DNA of 64,000 nt from Bilabrum cf. latius. Its lineage: Eukaryota. The stretch is from NCBI GenBank assembly GCA_965178125.1, contig OZ237744.1, positions 124,001-188,000 on the forward strand, read 5' to 3'. Both the position numbers and the translations under genes were made by a program. The notes beneath the pieces are model-generated. The model did no database searches. It worked only from the letters and a program-made list of their open reading frames with translations, and was not told the DNA's origin. Shown here piece after piece: positions 26,020 through 41,810 of the stretch (positions within the stretch are counted from its first letter, which is position 1; each line of letters begins with the position of its first letter).

Positions 26020-26269
26020 GAAAGAGGCTCCTTTCCCGCGGCTGCCGGGCCGACCGGTAGCAGACTTTTCTGGTGGCAGCGTGCATACGTATTATTTGGG
26101 TGTGGATGCGCGATGGAAAGCGCAGCTTGAGCTGACCAACACTACTAGGATTGCTTTTCGCGAGACAGGCGTGACGCTGTAGGCACACAAGCAGACTAGC
26201 GGGGTTATAACCATACCACTATTCAATTCAATACGCTCAGTCTCGCACCAAGGAGCAAACCGGCTCTCC

Positions 26270-29168
26270 TCACTTCTCCCCATTCTTGGGCTGGAATGGC
26301 CGGCTGCCTGCCTTCTTCATTGGGGTCGCTGCCGCCGCTGCTGCTTCAGCGAGCGTCCTCCGTTTCTCCTCCTTGTGCTTCACCTGCATGTAATGCTACC
26401 TGTTGGGCCCCACACACCCCATGAACACCTCGCCGGTGGCGGGCAAGAGCTTGGCCAGCTTGCTGAAGAGCGGCTGCACGATGAAATCGATGAATCCCAC
26501 CTGGCACTGCCCCGCGGTCGGTCTGGTGCGGTCGCAGAACGGGCTAATCGACAGCCCCAGCTCCTTTTCTCGGTCTCCCGTCCGGTAAAACTCTTCCAGC
26601 ACGCGATCCACCCACTTCTGGTACACCGGTAGGGGCTTCATCGGGTTCGAGATGTCGGCGGAGTGCAGGATCACCCGCATGATGAGGTCGGCTTGCTCGG
26701 CCAAACGTTCCAGCACCGCCCCGGGTAGCGGTCCGCTGCGACGGCCCCGTCCTGAGCCTCCATCCACGCCGCTCGCGCTGCTGCGCCTGCTCCCCCCTTC
26801 AAAATCGACGCCCTCGGTCGAGCCTGCGGCCACGAGGCTAAGGCCGGTCCTCGACACGATCCTGGGCCCGCTGGTTCTCTGCTATGGTGACCCGCGAGCG
26901 GACGCGTCGCCCACCTGCCTCGAGCCCCTTCTCTTGTGCTCGTGCAGCACCGACACCACCTTCCCCTCAAAACTAGCCACCGTCGCGAAGTGCTCCTGCA
27001 TGTCAGTCGCCAAAACTGCAGACACGATGTGGCCCCGCACCGCCGAGTACTCCACCGGGTCAAGCGTGTCGAGCGGATCCAGCGCCCTGTCGTTGTCTCT
27101 CATCAGTCGGAATGACTCGGCCAGGTGCATGTTCTCGTACACGCTCCTGTCGTTGTACTGGATGGCCAGGTCGGTCGTGAGCGCGATCTCCAGCTTGTTC
27201 GTGTACCCCGGGTGCTTGAAGTCGTGCAGGGCAGCACCTATCAGGAGGGCCAATCGCCGCGTCTGGCTGAGCAAGCCGACCAGAGTGCCCTCCTGCAGCA
27301 GGCAGTGGGTGGTGTACATGACGTCAGCGGCGTGGGTCCGGTTGTGGTACGGGTTCGTGTTGATGTATCCCTCACCAAGACCGGCGAAGAAGGGGCCAAT
27401 CTTCTCCGCGTTCACCAGAAGGATCGGATCGTCGTCGCTCAGGCCGCTCATCCTGCTGTTCCTGGTCTCAATGCGGTCATGCATGGATCCTCGGGATCCC
27501 AGGTGCTTGAGCGGGACTCCCCCCGTCCTGTTCTCGACCATACGATCGCCAGCAGCGGCGACGCCAGCCTCCTCGCCCCCTGCCTCCACGATGGCAGCCA
27601 GTGCCATGGCCTCACCCATCGGCTGACCCCCGTCTAGAAACCCGTTCCTACGCAGCACGATGTCTCCAAGCAGCGAGAGCGCGCCTCCGTCGAGAAGGTC
27701 GTCCAGCTCGACGGCATCCAGGTCCCACGCGCCCACGGACTCGACAATCGCCTTGACACGCCGCTGCTGCGCGTGAGACAAGGCTCGACCCACTCGCACG
27801 TCCGCCGGTCGGGCGGCCGCCTTGGATTCGGAGCCGAAATCGGCCGCCGCCGTCGCCGCGGCGTCGTCTGCGCTTGCCAGGCCGACTGCTTCGCTGGCGG
27901 GGTCTGCTGGGCTCGAGACGGCCGCAAGGCCAGACCCAGCCGCTGCATCGCTCCCGTTCGCCCCGTCCTGCGCCGCTTTCGTCTAGGCTGCCATCAATGC
28001 AATCTACGACAGCGGTGTGGACCCCGCCCCTGCACCTGCCCCTGCACCGGCACCGGCACCGGCTGGCTGCAGGGACCTCCTCCTCTCCATCTCCCATCCA
28101 CTCGCGCGGGACATCTCCGCCGCGCCGCTGTCGCGCCTCTTGGCGGAGCGGAAGAGCCGTCCCGCCATGACCATGCGGTCCATGGCCTGCACGCTGCTGC
28201 GGAACCTCGCCGCCGCGGCGCCGCCCTCCTTCCTGCCGTCCCTTCGTCGCCGCAGCCAGGCTGCATCGCCGACCATCTGCTGCGAGGCGAAGCGGCCCAT
28301 GATGAAGCCGGCCAGCTCGCGATCTCCCGACATGTCTGCATCATCTCCTGCGGAGCCTGGTTCTGCCGAGTCCATTCTCTCGAGCAGCCCGCGCATCGTC
28401 ACGTCAGTGGTGCGCTGCTGAGCCTGCAGGTCCTGGATGGCCGGGTCCTCGAGCAGCTGTCGCACGGCACCGAGTACGTGGTGCAGTGCACGAGCTTCTA
28501 CCTGAATCATGATTGGTTTCTGCCTCGTAGTGTCGCTCTTACTTGTTCCTTGCTTCGGCACGGAGCTCTTTTCTCCCGAGCCGGCCGTGGTATTGCGCGC
28601 CGTGAAGTCTTGGACCTGTACGGAGCCCTTCGCCCGAGATGGACCGCCCTACGCAGAGTTTATGGAAAGAACTTCACCTTCTTGGATGGCTGCTAAGCCG
28701 TCTGTACCTGCAGCAGGTGCCGTTTCGCACGATGGATCAGCCGCCAACAGCGCGGCCAGGGCCGTATCCAGCTTGTCCTTGTATGTAGGCACCACTGCGG
28801 TGCACAGTAAAAAGGAACTACAAAGTATGCATTATACATACATGTGCTTTCTGCGTGTCCATGCCAGTAAGCCTGGCACAGCCCTCACGTTCACCGATCG
28901 ACATCTGGTCTTCGTCGGAAGATCTCGGAAAGTCCCTCGGAAGCTGGATCATGGGCAGAACTGGCTACGCCTCGTTCTGTGATGGCTTCGATTTGTTTGC
29001 ATCCATTGAGCGCTGCATATCTAAGGCTGCTGCCGCTGCACTCTTCGCAGCGTCCTGCACCGGTTCGCCGCGCCCGTTCAGCGGGTGGTCCTCAGACACT
29101 CCTGGAACGTCACCCTCGGTCGGGTGGACTCGATTTGATGGAGCATTGCTCGACGCACAAAGGCCCAT
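26270..29168 (-). CDS. Class I 3',5'-cyclic nucleotide phosphodiesterase with MGLCAS N-terminus
   Basis: Motifs NPYHNRTHAADV, HDFKHPGYTN, YENMHLA, LATDMQEHF, LHSADISNP, EEFYRTGDREKELGL and QVGFIDFIVQPLF. Six in-frame TAG; ends TGA 26270-26272. One probable intron at ~28795-28890. Confidence 0.9.
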
Positions 29169-29394
29169 GAACACGGTTTGAAGCTCGCAGCTCGCAGTTC
29201 TGGACACAACCGTTGGCTCATTGGGTTGTGTTGTGGTCGCAACAGTGCACACACAACTCGGAGCCAGAGGTCGCAATTCGTCTAGAGCATCTGCCGCACT
29301 TTTTGTTACAGTATCGCCGTAGAAAGGCATGCGATTCTCAATACGACTACTTTTTACGGACCGTGGTCGAGGTTTGCTTGATTTCCCCCGTAGC

Positions 29395-31906
<2,512 letters not shown>

Positions 31907-32648
31907 GCTCGAACGGAAGACCCCTCGACGTACCCGTCGGAGTGAAGACGTGGTAATAGTTCATTCCGGTACTTTTTATCGTGCACTAGGCGTCAGCATA
32001 CACGCATGGCAGCCATGTCACTGGTGCACTCATCACATGGATCTTGGGAATTAGGAGTTTCAGATTATTTGGGTCTATTGGCGGCAAATACACATTGTCT
32101 AACAACAATAATGCAACCATACATCAGTGCAAGATTTGCGCTGCTATATCTGTCCCGGACTGGGCATGCCCTCGTTTCAACGGAGATCAGAGCTGCAGCA
32201 ACTGCAATCGTGGATGCCGTCTAGGCCTCAGACAAGCCATGGAGTGAGATATGTCCATGCAACGGTGCTGATACTCGTAAATGGATATCATGAGCGCGTT
32301 GCTGCCGGTTTGTAGCACCCATCCCCACTTGCAGCCAAACAGCAGTGCTTCGACTGGCTCAGGACACGTGGGCATCTCTTGCTTCGCCGTCAGCTTCCTG
32401 TGGTGTTTAATCTAGTCAAAAACCAGCTTCGATCAGATCATAATAGTGGCGCGATAGCACCATGGACAGCGGAGGGACTTCGAAAGTGTACCGTTGTGTG
32501 CGACAACCTCCCCAAGAGGCTCTGCAATCCCGCCGGATTGACATCTCTTTTTGCTCCTGTTGGTACCATAGTTTAGTTGCAAATTGCTCGAGGCCAAAAT
32601 TAGCGCGAAACTGGTAGTAGTGCAGTGGTGCGCTTGCAAACAGAAGCC

Positions 32649-33746
32649 ATGGCAGCAGAGGCGTGCAAGCGCTTGAGCGACTCCGAGAACTGGAGATCTG
32701 GCCTCCAGGTGAGGTTGTCTAGGAAACCACTGAGCCCAAGCACCTTCTGCAGTCAGGCCTAGCCCAGCGGCGGGACAGAGCAGGAGCGTGCTCCTGGTGA
32801 TGGGTCTCCGGCCTCGACCTTGCCAGCACCGAAAGCTGCAGGGGACACCGAGGGGGCTGCAGCAGCAGGCACTAGCAGCAGCAGCAGCAGCAAGGGCGGC
32901 TCGGGCGCTGCAAGACTCGAGGGAGTCAAGCGGTACGGCCTAGTCGGCCGTCTCATGGCAAGCTTCGGGAAGGTTCGCTTGCTAGGGCCCGAGGTGGACG
33001 ACGAGGCAGCCGCAATTGCCGTGCAGGAGGCCGAGGTAGAGTCCGCCGGGGCAGGTGGGTGGAACCAGTCCAAGAAGAAGAGGCAAAGGAACAAGAAAAA
33101 GGGGTCCAGCGGGGCCGGTGCAGGGCAGGAGCTGCAGTTCCGGTTTACGGAGGTGGACAAAGGGGCGCTTCTGGAGCTGGCGACAGCATCTGGGGCAGCG
33201 ATGGGCGAGCCTTCAAAATTCGGCCCCAATAAGCTCCGGGCCAACGACTTGGTGCATTGCACGCTGGTGCAAGACCCTGAGGACCACGCCGGGTCGCTTC
33301 AAGCGACGGATGTCAGAGTGGTCAGGCTGGCGCCGCGCGCAGGTTCCGCAGCCCATCGGAGCGGGAGGCGATGGGCCGGAGCTGCGGACGATCAGGCGAG
33401 TAGGAAACGCTTCAACTACGGTCCTGCTGTAAGCGGGGCAAAATCAGGTTGGGCAGGCAGCGGGGCGGCGGGTGCGGTACCCGAGTCGGCTGGTGCAGCT
33501 GAGCCAGTGCTTAGGCAAGTGCTCACGTCACAGCTCGGTCCAAAGCGAGGGGGCACGTCAAGGTCGTCCGTGGTGCGGTCCACGGTGGCGGGCAGGGAAG
33601 AGGCGGAACGGGCCAAGGCTCTTGGCGCTGCAGCCAGTAGTGACCGCTCGCAGGTGTTTTTTCGGGAAGCCAAGGGGCCGCCGTACGGAGGCGAGCGGGG
33701 GTTCCAGCGTGTAAGAACGTGTTCGATGCCCCCAGCAGCTCAGTAA
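32649..33746 (+). CDS. Cold-shock/OB-fold domain plus SUZ-C motif protein (CSDE1/UNR-like C-terminal module)
   Basis: CSD-like GLVGRLMASFGKV..FRFTEV..LRANDLVHCTL..ATDVRVVR; SUZ-C-like FREAKGP..RGF. One in-frame TAG at 32760; ends TAA. The 5' end is uncertain. Confidence 0.55.
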
Positions 33747-33858
33747 AGCAATGCTTAGAGATAGCTCCGCCAAAGGTAGCGTCAATAGGATGCATAGATT
33801 GAATCAAAAGAGTGTAGACGCAGCACACTCGACAACATCCGGGTGTTTCAACATACCA

Positions 33859-34407
33859 TCAAAGCAACAGCCACCGGGGCGAACCGGACTTAAAGGCCCT
33901 ATAATTGTCCTCAAAGCGCCGCTCCAGGTAAGCCTCTTCAGCGGGGATGACAACAGAATTGCAATATACGGCGAATGCCAGGCCTGCCCCTGCGAGCATG
34001 ATGCTGTCCGAATATAGCCCAAGTCCAACCGGAAGGCCCGTCATACCCAAATAAATAGGATTTCGGCTTATCCTTCGGTACAAAAATGTCTGCACCAGAA
34101 CATCTGCAGGCTTGTCCGTAGGAATCGGCTAGCCGTGGCGTCTGAGCTCGGCTTGACCCCAGACAAAGAGCGCGGCTGAAAGTGCCCCAACAATACCACC
34201 GATAATTTTCAAATTAGTGTTTGATGGTGCAGTCATCCCAAGGGTTCTGATCAAGCCAGACACAGACGTGCGCGGAAGCACCCAAGATGCTATGCTTCCA
34301 GCAGCCACGAGGCCTGCAAGGATAACTGGTGGCTTCGCGAGCCCACGGATCCCAGCCGAGTCTAGGTCTGGATTTTCCATCACTTGCTCTCGCACGCGCC
34401 CTGCCAT
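33859..34407 (-). CDS. ICMT/PEMT-family membrane methyltransferase
   Basis: Motifs LYRRISRNPIYLG and IPAEEAYLERRFEDNYRAFKSGSPRW; TM segments. ORFs 34129-34416 and 33859-34095 are joined by one TAG; ends TGA; no intron. Confidence 0.85.
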
Positions 34408-34559
34408 GCGAACCAACCGCTGAGTGGTGTACCGGATCGGGAACGACCAAACGAACTACAGTGCCGTGCAAAGATTTGTGATGGCCATTGGCCACAATGT
34501 TATGCATGCAATTGGCCTATCTATCGCGCACATGAATCAGTCGCATCGTCAACTACGTT

Positions 34560-36893
34560 TTACGCGTTGCCTTTGCACATCACCACCTGGGCTTCCACCA
34601 GCGAGGCACCGTCACCAGGCAGCACCCACCCCATCACATCACACTCGTCACATACACGACCCCAAAACACATCCACACCATCCGCCCCACCATCATCACG
34701 CTCCCATGCCCCGCCGCACCACTCGCCCAACGCCCGCAACACCCCCTCCGCGACCCCTTGCAGTCCACCCGAAGACCCAAGCGGCACCAGACAGCGGCCT
34801 GCCGAGCCAGACCGACTGCCCCCATAATCTGTAGAAGCACCAGCTCTATCCACTGCACTCTCGTGCGATGCGCCTGACCCCCGCCCCGCCAGAGCCACGC
34901 ACCCATCCCGCAGCCCACGCAGCCCACGCAACAGCCGGTCTGCCCGCTCCCCTGCCCGCGCACTCGTCACACGCGCCCTGGCCTCCGCTGCCTCGGCCCG
35001 CATCTTGTTCTGCCTGTACGTGTCCCAGTCCCACATTTTGCCCAGCTTGGGCGGCTTGTCCTTGCGCCAGAAGAACATGTCCATCCCCGCCTCGTGCAGC
35101 TCTGCAGCATGATCGTCCGCACCGCCCCTTTCGCCCGAGTCCGCTGCCCCGTCCTCGTCACCTTTCGCGCCATCCTGCATGACAACCGCCTCATCCACAT
35201 CACCATCACCACCACCATCACCATCCACATCCACATCACCATCACCATCACTCTTGCCTGCCTGCCCTTCATCACCCCCACTCAGCTCAGCCTCCAAGCC
35301 CGCATACCCAAGCCGCTTCCCGTACCGATCCAGCCACTCGTCACACCTCCCCTCTGCATGCACGCGCCACCACTCCCGACTCGCCTCGATCTGAGCCAGA
35401 CCCCCCTCGCCCCTCTCCCGCCACTCCAAGGCCTGCCCCCTCCAGTGCTCAGCCTGCTGCCGAGCATGACCCACACGCTCGCACGCCAGCTCACACGCCC
35501 GCACCTCCTCGCCAAGCCCATCCGCAGCCCGCCTTACCCACTCCCCGATGGCCTCCCTGCACCCGCTGCCACCGACACACTGCCTCACACACGCCTCCAA
35601 CCAGCACACACTGCCGCCCTCGCCCGCACCCTCGCCCGCATGCTCCCCGCACGGCCACAACCAGCCCAGCCTCGAGCTCTCCTGCAGCAACAGCCCCAGG
35701 CATTCCCCATGACCCCCGCCCAGAGCCCCGAACACAGGCCCGCCCAACCACCTCCCACGCCCGCAAGACACGCGCCCCTCCCGATCCAGGCCCCCTGCCA
35801 GTCGCCCCAGCCTCAGCCGCTTGCCCAGCTCCAGGGGCCTGCCCTGGCTTGCTGCCTGGAACACCATGCCCGCGTCTCTGCGCGCCTCTTGTGCCCTGCG
35901 CCACAGCAGCACACCCAGCCAGCGGGGGGCTGCATGGCGCTCCTAGTCGGCATGCGTGAATACAGGCGGCAGCAAGTCACCCGCTAGATGATGCAATTCG
36001 TAGTCATGCTGACCATCGCCCTCCCACTCGACGCAGATGGGCGTGTCAGGACGCAGCCAGGGCTTGAGTGCAAGCAAGCCATCAAAGGAAGTGATGGATT
36101 CTCTCATCGTCAGTCTGAGCGCTTCCGACTGGTTCCTCTGCTTCAACGCGCCGGCAAGGATTTTGCAAGCCTCCGATCCAAAGAGGCAGTCATCCACTTG
36201 CACCCATCGCAGCTTGCTGGGCCTTGGCGATGCAGCGGCTCTGGCAATGGCTCTGGCGGTCTCCAGTGCTGCCCCAGTGCTGTCGATGCAGATTCGCTCT
36301 AAGGCGCTGCATTTGATTCCAGCATCGATCAGACTGGCTGCATCCCGGTCGTCGATGTTACTTCCACGAACGTTCAAATATCGAACGGACTAGCCACGCT
36401 GCAGGGCACCAGACAGCAACTGGCAGCACCGCGGTCCGAGTCCTGCGCTGTGTAACGTTAACTCTCGTACACTGCTGAGCTTCTCACTGAGGGCGCAAAC
36501 GGCCGGAAAGGGCAGCCTCTAGCCGTCCCTCATGTCAATGCACTCCAGTCTACAGTCGCGTCTGATTGACCTTGCAATCGCATGCACGCCGCTTCCTTTC
36601 GCACTGCCTTCGAGATAGATAGTCTTTAGGCTAGTACACGTTGAGATGGCTCCGGCCACAGCAAGGACAGTTGCAGGTTCAAACAGTTGACGGTGTGAGT
36701 AGTCAAGACCAGTAATCGACCTCGATGATGTAAGAATAGAAACTGATACTTCTCGAATAATGTCGGCCGGGATTTTGTCTCTGAACCCAAGCATCCAAGG
36801 CCCCTCAATCCGCGTACATTCCTCAATGAACCGGCCGGTGCAACTCTGGTCCCATAGTTTCACAATCCCAGTTGGTATCATTCCACTGGCCAT
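34560..36893 (-). CDS. Array gene B copy 1: RI-like leucine-rich repeats plus ankyrin-like/coiled and acidic C-terminal region
   Basis: ORFs 36519-36893, 35943-36377 and 34560-35912 are in one frame joined by TAG. LRR pattern VRELTLHSAGLGPRCC, VRYLNVRGSNIDDRDA. Ends TAA. An upstream exon is possible. Confidence 0.7.
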
Positions 36894-37079
36894 AGGAGAT
36901 GTTGCTCAGAGTAGTTTTCTACACAGATCCGGGGATCGGCTCGGTGCACTCTTCAAACTTTAATTGTGGTGCCCCAATCAGGCCCTTGATGCAAGTTTGG
37001 CCGTTTGTCTCCGGGTCCTTCATGCACAGTCGGAATACGTTGGCACAAGTTGGAAGCAAGATACAGCCTGTAGGTCTCA

Positions 37080-39008
37080 TCATTTTCCAGCCTTAGAGCC
37101 ACTTGATCCACCGTCTCGGCGGCGATTCCTCCGCTATGGGTTGCGGCGCCCTGGCTACTGCTGCCCCCGAAACGCGCTGCTCGCACCTGTGCCATCAACA
37201 CCAGCAGCAGCACCATGGCCCGCTTGTTCTGACGAGTCTCCCAGACCCCCCACCATCGACTCGGACACCGCTGCACCTGACGAAACATGTCCAGCACCAG
37301 CGACAGCTCCGCCCGCCCCCACTGACCCTGCCTCTTTAGCTGATACCGATGATGCCCCCCAACCTCCACGAAGGCCATCCCCGCCAGCACCTTTACCTCC
37401 CCTCCCTGCCCTTGCACCCCCTGAGTCTTCAGCGCGGCCAGCTTCACCTGCACCTACACCTGCACCTGGACCTGCACCTGCACCTGCATCTGCATCTGCA
37501 TCTGCATCTGCACCTGCACCTGCACCTGCATCTGCTGCAGGCCTGATTGCCGCCAAGCACTGCCTAGCCCCTCCGCTGTCCCGAGCAATGGGGAACATCG
37601 CCACGGGGGAGGTGCACACGGGCTACTCAAACAGTCCCTTAAGATCCACATCGAAGAAGCACATGGATGACTTGCGTTTGCCTTCTCTACCTGCATCGCC
37701 GGACCCTGAGCACCCCGAGATCTTCAAGCACTACGCCACTACCGTCTAGATGTCCACAGCCGCTTTATTGAGCAGGGCCGGGTCTTCATCGACTGCTGGG
37801 TCAAGCCCGAACTGCTCGTGCATGCCTGCTTGCGAAGCGTCTACATCTACTGCACTGAACGGGATTCCAGCTCTCGCGCGATCCGGTTTGCGGCCCATCT
37901 TGAGGAGCGCAGAGCCGAGCTACTTCCACTTGACACCTATAACCATGCACTCCTCTATACGCGCAGCATGTCCCTGGCTGAGCCGCACCTTCTCTCTCCC
38001 AGATGCAGCGCCACCCGATGCCCCGCCCGATGCTTTTCCATCTTGCCCCCAAAGAGCTACAGCATGGTACGTCGATTCCACGTGCCTCATGTCCTTGGCC
38101 CCTCGCGAGCACTTGCCCTCGCGAGGCAGGAACACACGCACGGACAGAGGGTAGATGGCCGCCGCCGCCACGAAGCAGTCTCTAGCAGCATGACTGCCAT
38201 CATCTCCACTTCCTTTGTCTCCAGGACCGTCTCGCGGCAACTCGGACACGTCAAACACGCGAGGTACCGGTGTTCCCGGCAGTGCTCGGTTGAGCGAGTT
38301 CACAGAGTACGTGCCGATGGACAGGGCCCGCTGCGACATGCCTCCAATCGCCAGCTGGTCCACCGCCTGGCGGTTTCTAGGGCTGCCCTCGATCTCTTTC
38401 CACGAGTACACGAGTGCCTCGTTTCCGCTGTAGGTGGGCTCCTCCGGATCTCCGCGATCGCACATCGGGTTCGCGCTGGCAGCACCACCCGCTTTGGCTG
38501 CGCCGCCCTCCCCGCCTTCACCCGAACCTGATGAGGCAGCGCCAGAGCGTGCAGCAGGTGTGCTTGCCTTCGACTCTGCTTCTCGCTGTAGTTCGGCCTG
38601 AAGTCGAGTGTAGTACCGAGGCGCGAAAGCCGCCTGGTCGTTGGGCCCGTCGACCATGCACTCAATGTCCTCGACCATGGCGCCAATGCTTTCATCCTTG
38701 CCGATCTTCAAGGTCTAGTGCGACTTGGTGCAGTACTTGTTGCCGTCATTCTCCAGATATGTCCATCCATGTCCAGTGTTGCACGGCCGGCCCACCGCAT
38801 CAAAAGGTGAAGGGATCGGACACACCGTGACATGTTCCATGCGATACGAATAGATGGAGCCGGTGCAGGATGCGTTTGCGATTCCTAGCAGGCAAGTCAT
38901 GGCCCATCCGGATACGACGCTGGAAACTCCCGCGAGCCATCCGGTACTTCCCCACATTTGATCTCCTGGCCTGGACGCGCACAAACGAGCGACGGGGAGC
39001 GAGAACAT
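37080..39008 (-). CDS. Array gene A copy 1: hypothetical ~640 aa protein
   Basis: ORFs 38715-39008, 37920-38711 and 37155-37619 are in one frame joined by TAG; ends TGA; the frame is conserved across copies. Confidence 0.6.
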
Positions 39009-39302
39009 TCGTACAACCTGAATTGCCGGCCCTTAGCAGATCTTGTTATTTCAGTGTGCTCTTTGAACCAAACAATCTGATCCGGTATCGCCGCGCCAAG
39101 CGACGGAACCTCCCCGAAATAGAAGGTCGCAGTTGGTCGCAAAGAAGCTTGTCTAGTCGTCCAACTTGAAAGAGGGCGAACAGACGGCATCATCGCGCTG
39201 CTCTCACACCCTCTTGCCGTACAGCGATTGGCTTCAATATGCATCGCTACAAATCGTGCGCCGCCATGCTAAGACTGCAGCCAATTCGGATCTCAGCGCC
39301 CA

Positions 39303-41624
39303 TCAGTCCGCAACGAACACATGTCCGGAATCCGACTACTACACCTGGGCTTGCACCAGCGAGGCACCGTCACCAGGCAGCACCCACCCCATCACATCAC
39401 ACTCGTCACACAAACGACCCCAAAACTCATCCACACCATCCGCTCCACCATCATCACGCTCCCATGCCCCGCCGCACCACTCGCCCAACGCCCGCAACAC
39501 CCCCTCCGCGACCCCTTGCAGTCCACCCGAAGACACAAGCGGCACCAGACAGCGGCCTGCCGAGCCACAGTCATCATCTGTAGAAGCACCAGCTCTATCC
39601 ACTGCACTCTCGTGCGATGCGCCTGACCCCCGCCCCGCCAGAGCCACGCACCCATCCCGCAGCCCACGCAGCCCACGCAACAGCCGGTCTGCCCGCTCCC
39701 CTGCCCGCGCACTCGTCACACGCGCCCTGGCCTCCGCTGCCTCGGCCCGCATCTTGTTCTGCCTGTACGTGTCCCAGTCCCACATGTTGCCCAGCTTGGG
39801 CGGCTTGTCCTTGCGCCAGAAGAACATGTCCATCCCCGCCTCGTGCAGCTCTGCAGCATGATCGTCCTCACCGCCCCTTTCGCCCGAGTCCGCTGCCCCG
39901 TCCTCGTCACCTTTCGCGCCATCCTGCATGACGGCCGCCTCATCCACATCACCATCACCACCACCATCACCATCACCATCACTCTTGCCTGCCTGCTCGG
40001 CTTCACCCCCACTCAGCTCAGCCTCCAAGCCCGCATACCCAAGCCGCTTCCCGTACCGATCCAGCCACTCGTCACACCTCCCCTCTGCATGCACGCGCCA
40101 CCACTCCCGACTCGCCTCGATCTGAGCCAGACCCCCCTCGCCCCTCTCCCGCCACTCCAAGGCCTGCCCCCTCCAGTGCTCAGCCTGCTGCCGAGCATGA
40201 CCCACACGCTCGCACGCCACCTCGCACGCCCGCACCTCCTCGCCAAGCCCATCCGCAGCCCGCCTCGCCCACTCCCCGATGGCCTCCCTGCACCCGCTGC
40301 CACCGACACACTGCCTCACACACGCCTCCAACCAGCACACACTGCCACCCTCGCCCGCACCCTCGCCCACATGCTCCCCGCACGGCCACAGCCAGCCCAG
40401 CCTCGAGCTCTCCTGCAGCAACAGCCCCAGGCACTCCCCATGACCCCCGCCCAGAGCCCCGAACACAGGCCCGCCCAACCACCTCCCATGCCCGCAAGAC
40501 ACGCGCCCCTCCCGATCCAGGCCCCCTGCCAGTCGCCCCAGCCTCAGCCGCTTGCCCAGCTCCAGGGGCCTGCCCTGGCTTGCTGCCTGGAACACCATGC
40601 CCGCGTCTCTGCGCGCCTCTTGTGCCCTGCGCCATAGCAGCACACCCAGCCAGCGGGGGGCTGCATGGCGCTCCTAGTCGGCATGCGTGAATACAGGCGG
40701 CAGCAAGTCACCCGCTAGGTAGTGCACTTCGTAGTCACGATTATCCAAACCTGCCCACTCGACGCAGATGGGCGTGTCAGGACGCAGCCAGGGCTTGAGT
40801 GCGAGCAGGCCATCAAAGGAAGTGATGGATTCTCTCATCGTCAGTCTGAGCGCTTCCGACTGGTTCCTCTGCTTCAACGCGCCGGCAAGGATTTTGCAAG
40901 CCTCCGATCCAAAGAGGCAGTCTTCCACTTGCACCCATCGCAGCTTGCTGGGCCTTGGCGATGAAGCGGCTCTGGCAATGGCTCTGGCGGTCTCCAGTGC
41001 TGCCCCAGTGCTGTCGATGCAGATTCGCTCCAAGGCGCTGCATTTGACTCCTGCATCGATCAGACTGGCTGCATCCCGGTCGTCGATGTCACTTCCACGA
41101 ACGTCCAAGTGTTGAACGGACTAGCTACGCTGCAGGGCACCAGACAGCAACTGGCAGCACCGCGGTCCGAGTCCTGCGCTGTGTAACTTTAACTCTCGTA
41201 CACTGCTGAGCTTCTCACTGAGTGCGCAAACGGCCGGAAAGGGCAGCCTCTAGCCGTCCCTCATGTCAATTCGCTCCAGTCTACAGTCGCGTCTGATTGA
41301 CCTTGCGATCGCATGCACGCCGCTTCCTTTCGCACTGCCATAGAGATAGATAGTCTTTAGGCTAGTACACGTCGAGATGGCTCCGGCCACAGCAAGGACA
41401 GTTGCAGGTTCAAACAGTTGCCGGTGTGAATATCGAAGCCCTACAAGCGATGCTGATGACTTAATCATCTGGACAGAAACATCTTTGATAATGTCGGCCG
41501 GGATTTTGTCTCTGAACCCAAGCATCCAAGGCCCCTCAATCTGCGTGCATTCCTCAATGAACCGGCCGGTGCAACTCTGGTCCCATAGTTTCACAATCCT
41601 AGTTGGTATCATTCCACTGGCCAT
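39303..41624 (-). CDS. Array gene B copy 2 (LRR protein)
   Basis: Same structure as copy 1; ends ...QV(TAG)(TAG)SDSGHVFVAD TGA. Confidence 0.7.
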
Positions 41625-41810
41625 AGGAGATACTGTTCGAAATAGTTTTCTATACAGATCCGGGGATCGGCTCGGTGCACTCTTCAAACTTTAATTGTGG
41701 TGCCCCAATCAGGCCCTCGATGCAAGTTTGGCCGTTTGTCTCCGGGTCCTTCATGCACAGTCGGAATACGTTGGCACAAGTTGGAAGCAAGACACAGCCT
41801 GTAGGTCTCA

